Part shown: in pieces, positions 27,305-32,000 of the stretch
Position numbering within the stretch: position 1 is the first letter of the stretch
Layout of the letters: each line of letters starts with the position of its first letter
DNA from: Bellilinea caldifistulae
GTDB lineage: Bacteria; Chloroflexota; Anaerolineae; Anaerolineales; Anaerolineaceae
Direction of reading: 5' to 3'
DNA length: 32,000 nt
Assembly: GCF_001306055.1 (NCBI RefSeq)
Contig: NZ_LGHJ01000018.1
Coordinates: 60,001 to 92,000, forward strand
Program-made: the position numbers and the translations under genes
The notes under the pieces: model-generated
The model's input: only the letters and a program-made list of their open reading frames with translations
What the model was told of the DNA's origin: nothing
Databases searched by the model: none

Positions 27305-27558
27305 AGTGGCTTCCTGAGAATGGGATTTGATAGGATTTTGAAAATTTTTGTTTCTGAGCATAATCATACCATCATCAGAATTAATAAAAGGTGACGAATG
27401 GTGGTATTCATTAAAGGGATTTTTTGTTATGATATTACCGATTCCGTTAAAAAATATAAAAAAGGATAGACTTAGTTTGTCAACGTGTGGTGAAGGTCAA
27501 AAGAATTGTTTTCTAAGACCACTAACCAGCACCTTATTTTTATTTTTTTGACAACATC

Positions 27559-30500
27559 ATGGCCGAACTTTCCATACCGGTTACCCGAACCAAGGTCATT
27601 CTCCCTCGACGCCGTGCGGATCTTCTCACCCGACAACGGCTGCTCTCCTATTTGGATGACCTGAGCGAAAACCGGCTGGTGATTATTGCCGCCCCGGCTG
27701 GCTATGGGAAGACGTCCCTTCTGGTAGATTTTGCTCATCAGAATCCCATGCCGGTTTGCTGGCTATCCCTTGACCCAATGGATGCCGAGCCACAGCGGTT
27801 TGTAGCAGGATTGATCGCTGCTCTTCAAGCCGTTTTTCCGGAATTTGGCAGAAACAGTATTCCGGCGTTGAATGGGATGCCTCAGGAACGACTTAATCTG
27901 GAAACACTGGTTTCCTTGATTGTCAATGATATTTATGAGACCATTGATGAGCACTTTATTCTGATCATTGATGATTATCATCTGGTTGAGAATGTACAGG
28001 AAATTAATTACTTTATCAACCGTTTCCTGCTCTTAGCTGATGAAAACTGTCATGTATTCATTTCTTCGCGACGTTTACTTCCCCTGGCCGATATGCCATT
28101 GCTGGTTGCCCGGTCAATGGTGGGTGGTATTGGCTTTGAGGAACTGGCTTTTCAACCCGAAGAGATCCGAAATTTGTATTTGCAAAATTTTGGCATTTCT
28201 TTGTCCGAAAAGCAGGTTGAAGAACTTTCCCGCCTGACCGAAGGATGGATTACGGGGTTGATCCTTTCTACACAAGTAGAAAATGGTCAGCTGAGAACTC
28301 GCTTTCAGGCGAAGAAAGTTTCAGGCGTGAGCATCTATGATTACCTTGCCCAACAAGTTCTTGAGCAACAAAAGAATGACTTGAAACAATTTTTATATCG
28401 AACCTCGCTTTTCGAGGAGTTTGATCGTCAGATTTGCGAGGAAGTTTTGGGGAAAGGTTTGAACCTCCAAATGGACTGGGATCGGTTGATGGAGGAAGTG
28501 CAGCGGAATAATTTATTTGTCTTACCGGTCATCGAGGAAGATCGAATCTGGCTGCGCTACCATCATCTTTTTCGTGATTTTCTACAAAATCGGCTGCTCA
28601 GAGAATATCCCCAAGAAGCTCAGTGCATCCTTAATCGGCTTTCAGCATATTATCAGGAAGTGGGGGAGTGGGAGCGGGCTTATCAAATTTACGAGCGGAT
28701 GGGGGATAAAGAGGCCAAGGCGCGATTGATTGAGCGCGCCGGAACCGTTATGGTCTCTAAAGGGCGAATCATTACGCTTCAGGCCTGGCTGGAGGATTTA
28801 CCATCGCTGTACATTGAGCGATCCCCTTTGTTGCTCTCCATTCAAGGGGCGGTTCGGGTGATGCTTGGGGATGTTCGTAGTGGAATTGAGTCGTTCAATC
28901 TTTCACTAGGTTTGTGCAAAGAAGCGGATGCGACTCTCTACGCGCACACCTTGATTCGTCGTTCGGGAGCTTTTCGAATCCAGGGGGATTATCTTCACGC
29001 TCTGGAGGATGCCGAGAATGCTTTGCAAGTATTATCTCACTTGCCGGGTGAAAAGCATTTATTTGCAACAGGGTTGCATGCCAAAGGAACGGTTTTGCAT
29101 TATCTCGGAAAAATCAACGAATCCTTGAATTGGCTCATTCAAGCCAGAGACATTTTCTTCGATTTGGGTGATGAGGAGTCGGCAGCCAAGGTAGCCATGG
29201 AAATTGCCATGGTGTACCGCTATCTTGGCAACCTCGAACATGCTGAAAAGATCTATAAAGACACGTTATTGTTTTATCAAAGCAGTGGCAACATTGTCTG
29301 GCAAGCCAATTTGTTAAATAACCTTGGTGTACTTCACTCGCTGGCAGGATTATATGAAACAGCCCTGGAAGAACTGGAAAAAGCGATCCAGTATGCCAGA
29401 CTGGGGGGTTATGTCCGGCTGGAAGCCTATGCCCTAACCAGTCTTGGAGATTTGTTCAAGGATGTAGGCGCATTTTTGGAGGCGGAGCAAGCCTATCGAA
29501 AAGCTAATCAATTGACCCAACAGATCGAAGACCAGTTCCTCCGGTTTTATTTAACCCTTGCAAAAAGTGATCTGCTGTTGATTCGCAACCAGATTCAAGA
29601 AGCAGAAAATGAACTGATCACTGCATGGCAGGCGGCAGTAGATGCCGGTTCTCTGTACGAGGAAGCATTGTGTAAATGGGTTTCGGGAAAAATCGCAATC
29701 CTCAAAGAGGATTGGGATACAGCTCGCCGCAATCTCGAAGAGGCGGAAAGTTATTTTTCTCTGGAAAGACATCATGTGGAGGCTATTCGTTGCCGGATGT
29801 TGTTGTTAGCGGTTTATGCCCGCTTACAAAACGAACCCGCATTAATAAGAGGCATGGAAGAGTTATTGCCCGTGGTGCAGGACATCAAATTTCATCACTT
29901 GATTGGCAGCAGCGGAGAACCGCTCGGCAAAGTGTTTCAAGATGAGATGAATCTGCCGGAAGATATACGCGTTCTCTCAGCGCCATTTCTCAAAGTGATC
30001 CGGCAGCACAGCCGGCATTTACCCAATGCCCGAAAACAACTTCGCCAGAAATCGCAGGAAGTTCCGATATCGCCACCGGAATTGACTATTGTGACGCTGG
30101 GCAGAATCCAAATTTCGCTCGGAGACCACATGATTACAGGTATGGAGTGGCGCTCTCAAACAGCCCGTGATTTGATGCTGTTGTTGATGCTTCACCCCGA
30201 AGGTCTAACCAAAGAACAGGTCGGACTGATCTTCTGGCCGGATATCAGTCCGGGTGAATTGAAGATCCGATTCAAGAATACTATTTACCGATTACGCCAC
30301 GCTGCCGGCAAAGATGTGGTGGTTTTTGAAGACGACATTTACTACTTCAACCGCGCCATGGATTACGAGGCGGATTTTGAGACGTTTAATCGCGAAATTC
30401 AACTTGCCGGGCTTGCCCGAAAGCCAGAACAGGAAATTGAGCATTATCGTCATGCGATTGAACTGTATAAAGGCGAATTCTTGCCGGAAATTAACGAGGA

Positions 30501-30828
30501 ATGGGTCGTTGTCGAAAGGGAGCGTCTGCACCAAAAGTACATTACCGCTTTGAGGCGATTGGCCGAGTTGTATCTGGAGACTTCTCAACCGGTGGAAGCG
30601 CTGGCGTTTGCCAATAGATACCTTCAATATGATCCTCTCAATGAAGGTGTTCACCAGCTGATTATGCGATGTTATGCCAGCATGGGGAATGTCAACATGG
30701 TGATCAAGCAATACCAGACATTGAATTTCATACTGGAAAGTGAGCTGGGCGCTCAGCCGAGTCCGCAAACAATCTCACTTTATGATTTACTAACCCGCAA
30801 CCGTCGCAAGACTGAGAACGATCATTGA
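27559..30828 (+). CDS. Large transcriptional regulator: MalT-like STAND NTPase + TPR/SUPR sensor region + C-terminal SARP module (OmpR-type wHTH + BTAD)
   Basis: 1089-aa ORF. The N-terminus (TKVILPRRRADLLTRQRLLSYL...VIIAAPAGYGKTSLL, Walker B ILIIDDYHLV) matches the MalT N-terminal pattern. The middle ~500 aa are TPR-like repeats. The C-terminal ~250 aa contain a wHTH (LGRIQISLGD...WRSQTARDLMLLLMLHPEGLTKEQV...IYRLR) and BTAD (YKGEFLPE...WVVVERERL...L.YDPLNEGVHQLIMRCYASMGN...YQ). Confidence 0.85.
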   Translation: MAELSIPVTRTKVILPRRRADLLTRQRLLSYLDDLSENRLVIIAAPAGYGKTSLLVDFAHQNPMPVCWLSLDPMDAEPQRFVAGLIAALQAVFPEFGRNSIPALNGMPQERLNLETLVSLIVNDIYETIDEHFILIIDDYHLVENVQEINYFINRFLLLADENCHVFISSRRLLPLADMPLLVARSMVGGIGFEELAFQPEEIRNLYLQNFGISLSEKQVEELSRLTEGWITGLILSTQVENGQLRTRFQAKKVSGVSIYDYLAQQVLEQQKNDLKQFLYRTSLFEEFDRQICEEVLGKGLNLQMDWDRLMEEVQRNNLFVLPVIEEDRIWLRYHHLFRDFLQNRLLREYPQEAQCILNRLSAYYQEVGEWERAYQIYERMGDKEAKARLIERAGTVMVSKGRIITLQAWLEDLPSLYIERSPLLLSIQGAVRVMLGDVRSGIESFNLSLGLCKEADATLYAHTLIRRSGAFRIQGDYLHALEDAENALQVLSHLPGEKHLFATGLHAKGTVLHYLGKINESLNWLIQARDIFFDLGDEESAAKVAMEIAMVYRYLGNLEHAEKIYKDTLLFYQSSGNIVWQANLLNNLGVLHSLAGLYETALEELEKAIQYARLGGYVRLEAYALTSLGDLFKDVGAFLEAEQAYRKANQLTQQIEDQFLRFYLTLAKSDLLLIRNQIQEAENELITAWQAAVDAGSLYEEALCKWVSGKIAILKEDWDTARRNLEEAESYFSLERHHVEAIRCRMLLLAVYARLQNEPALIRGMEELLPVVQDIKFHHLIGSSGEPLGKVFQDEMNLPEDIRVLSAPFLKVIRQHSRHLPNARKQLRQKSQEVPISPPELTIVTLGRIQISLGDHMITGMEWRSQTARDLMLLLMLHPEGLTKEQVGLIFWPDISPGELKIRFKNTIYRLRHAAGKDVVVFEDDIYYFNRAMDYEADFETFNREIQLAGLARKPEQEIEHYRHAIELYKGEFLPEINEEWVVVERERLHQKYITALRRLAELYLETSQPVEALAFANRYLQYDPLNEGVHQLIMRCYASMGNVNMVIKQYQTLNFILESELGAQPSPQTISLYDLLTRNRRKTENDH

Positions 30829-30844
30829 TGGCTTCTTAATCAAA

Positions 30845-30864
30845 TGTTAACATTTTGTTAACAT
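30845..30864 (+). repeat. Tandem TGTTAACAT x2 with 11-bp phasing (each unit palindromic around GTTAAC); candidate operator
   Basis: The copies lie at 30845-30853 and 30856-30864, exactly one helical turn apart. They start 17 nt after the regulator stop and sit ~110 nt upstream of the small-peptide gene. Confidence 0.4.
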
Positions 30865-30899
30865 TAAATTGCCCAAAAACAGCCTCAAAACCGGTTTAC

Positions 30900-30919
30900 G
30901 GAAGCCTCTTTGGAAGCCT
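30900..30919 (+). repeat. Direct repeat GGAAGCCT-N4-GGAAGCCT abutting a candidate -10 (TAAACT 30929-30934); candidate activator box
   Basis: The copies lie at 30900-30907 and 30912-30919, a 12-bp period. The 3' copy ends 9 nt before TAAACT, a geometry resembling SARP direct-repeat sites next to -10 elements. Confidence 0.3.
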
Positions 30920-30971
30920 ACCCCTGATTAAACTGGATTTATCCAAACACAAGAAAAAAGGAGAGGCTGAA

Positions 30972-31097
30972 ATGAAAAAGATCAATTCCCGTGTTGTTTT
31001 GTTCGTTCTGACGGTTGCCCTGTATGTTCTGGGTTCTGGTGCACCGGAAGCTGGCGGCGGAATCATCAACAGCATCATCAATTTCCCGGGCTGGTAA
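30972..31097 (+). CDS. 41-aa peptide with signal-peptide-like N-terminus: MKKINSRVVLFVLTVALYVLGSGAPEAGGGIINSIINFPGW
   Basis: ATG 30972 is preceded by a very strong SD (AAGGAGAGG, 30957-30965). The track's 80-aa version starts at TTG 30855 inside the repeat region and is rejected. The peptide has a basic n-region, a hydrophobic core, GSGA, and then a 17-aa tail. Confidence 0.6.
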   Translation: MKKINSRVVLFVLTVALYVLGSGAPEAGGGIINSIINFPGW

Positions 31098-31122
31098 TCT
31101 CCCTCTCAAACTTTTTGCTTGA

Positions 31123-31710
31123 ATGATACTCCTCACAGCCGTCATCGCAGGCCTGACTCTGGGTCTAATTCGAGCAAAAATCGGCAATCGCCCGTACCGT
31201 CCGTTCTCCTTTCGGTGGGGGTGGATGGTGGCGGCGGCGCTCATCCTTCAATGGCTTGCATTTGGTTTTCCGCTTACCCGAACCATTTACCCGGATGAGG
31301 CAGCCAGTATCAGTTTAGTACTTTCACAATCCATATTGCTCATTTTTGCATGGTTCAATCGGAAAATTCCCGGTTTCTGGCTTTTGACCATCGGGCTGGT
31401 GATGAACCTGCTGGTTATCAGTGCCAACGGCGGTTTTATGCCGATCAGCCCAGACACCGTCCAATGGTTGCGCGGAGACGCCGTCACGGCTGGTTGGGAG
31501 GTGGGAGAACGGTTAGGAACGGGAAAAGATGTTGTGTTGCCGGTTGAACAAACCAAACTCGAATTTCTTTCCGACCGTTTCCGAACGCCGGACAACCCCT
31601 ACTATCGGGTTGCCTTCAGTGCAGGCGATGTATTGATTGCTTTGGGTGCATTCTGGTTGTTATGGTCAGTCGGCGGCCGGTTTGAACGAAATTCGGGAAA
31701 GGAGATTTAA
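31123..31710 (+). CDS. DUF5317-like integral membrane protein
   Basis: 195-aa ORF with ~4 TM helices. The motifs VISANGGFMPISPD and FLSDRF...FSAGDVLIALGAF resemble my memory of the DUF5317 (PF17248) signature NGG.MP ... S.GD. It starts 25 nt after the peptide gene. Confidence 0.65.
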   Translation: MILLTAVIAGLTLGLIRAKIGNRPYRPFSFRWGWMVAAALILQWLAFGFPLTRTIYPDEAASISLVLSQSILLIFAWFNRKIPGFWLLTIGLVMNLLVISANGGFMPISPDTVQWLRGDAVTAGWEVGERLGTGKDVVLPVEQTKLEFLSDRFRTPDNPYYRVAFSAGDVLIALGAFWLLWSVGGRFERNSGKEI

Positions 31711-31712
31711 CG

Positions 31713-32000
31713 ATGACACCTACATTGATGGATTCGAGAAAACCCACTTATCGAGATGTTTCGGAAGAATATGGACGTATTCTCACCGCGGCGGTGATCA
31801 GCGCTCAGTTTCGTCAATTGCTGCTCAGCAATCCGGCTAAGGCACTTGCGGCTGGCTTTGGCGGCGAGGCGTTTCACCTTAGCAGTGAGGATCGTTCACG
31901 TCTGGTAGCGATCCGGGCTACCTCTCTGGCTGATTTCGCTTCTCAATTGAGTGGTTACAATGCAAACCGCTCGGTTCAGTCGGCGGTGTGTGGAGATTAG
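31713..32000 (+). CDS. 95-aa RiPP-leader-like peptide (Nif11/NHLP-like helical N-region, short C-terminal tail ...SVQSAVCGD)
   Basis: The ATG follows 2 nt after the DUF5317-like stop, with AAGGAG 10 nt upstream. Stop TAG is 31998-32000, the last bases of the window. AAVISAQFRQLLLSNPAKALAAGF...LSSEDRSRLVAIRATSLADFASQL matches the helical leader style of NHLP/Nif11 and Franean1_4349-type peptides. That match is from memory and unverified. Confidence 0.6.
   Translation: MTPTLMDSRKPTYRDVSEEYGRILTAAVISAQFRQLLLSNPAKALAAGFGGEAFHLSSEDRSRLVAIRATSLADFASQLSGYNANRSVQSAVCGD

Noticed and set aside
30855-30971. 80-aa version of the small-peptide ORF starting at TTG 30855
   Set aside because: The start lies within the TGTTAACAT repeats and has no RBS. 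The internal ATG 30972 has a near-consensus SD at ideal spacing.
1-32000. Search for CRISPR arrays, transposases/integrases, phage genes, toxin-antitoxin pairs or a tRNA-linked island next to tRNA-Thr
   Set aside because: I found no spaced direct-repeat array. No ORF has recombinase or transposase motifs, and no direct repeat of the tRNA 3' end is visible. The window looks like core chromosome apart from the right-hand peptide cluster.

Overview
The window is a gene-dense, mostly housekeeping chromosomal stretch of about 50% GC. I saw no rRNA, CRISPR array, transposase, integrase or phage genes. Protein architectures such as FHA-wHTH regulators, giant BTAD regulators and GT4/GH3 envelope enzymes suggest a Chloroflexota/Anaerolineae-like organism, but that is inference only. 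Left to right: alr (5' truncated), recJ, a GT2 glycosyltransferase (-), and a translationally coupled AAA+ ATPase / glycerophosphodiesterase / membrane-anchored GH3 trio. Next come a tail-anchored Ser/Thr kinase (-) divergent from an FHA + OmpR-type wHTH regulator, a polytopic membrane protein, an MshA-like GT4 (-) and tRNA-Thr(CGU). An eight-gene, fully start/stop-coupled his operon follows (hisG-C-B-H-A-F-I-E, no hisD). After it lie a SET-domain methyltransferase and a SAM hydroxide adenosyltransferase. A minus-strand block then runs long RSH, YfcE-like phosphoesterase, udk, YqaA/DedA-like protein and M20 peptidase. It is followed by a lipoprotein with an internal duplication and an aldo/keto reductase. 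At the right edge, a 1089-aa MalT-like STAND/TPR regulator carries a C-terminal SARP (wHTH+BTAD) module. It is followed by phased DNA repeats, a 41-aa secreted-type peptide gene, a DUF5317-like membrane protein and a 95-aa RiPP-leader-like peptide ending exactly at the window edge. Two observations stand out. (1) A directly readable His-codon leader peptide (MIPVMHTPISLHHHHLIHNLHCPIG) plus intrinsic terminator sits in front of hisG, an enterobacterial-style attenuator in an unexpected lineage. (2) The regulator / repeat / small-peptide / DUF5317 / RiPP-like cluster at 27.5-32 kb is a candidate undescribed peptide-based system whose remainder probably lies beyond base 32000. All family calls are by-eye motif recognition; no database search was possible.
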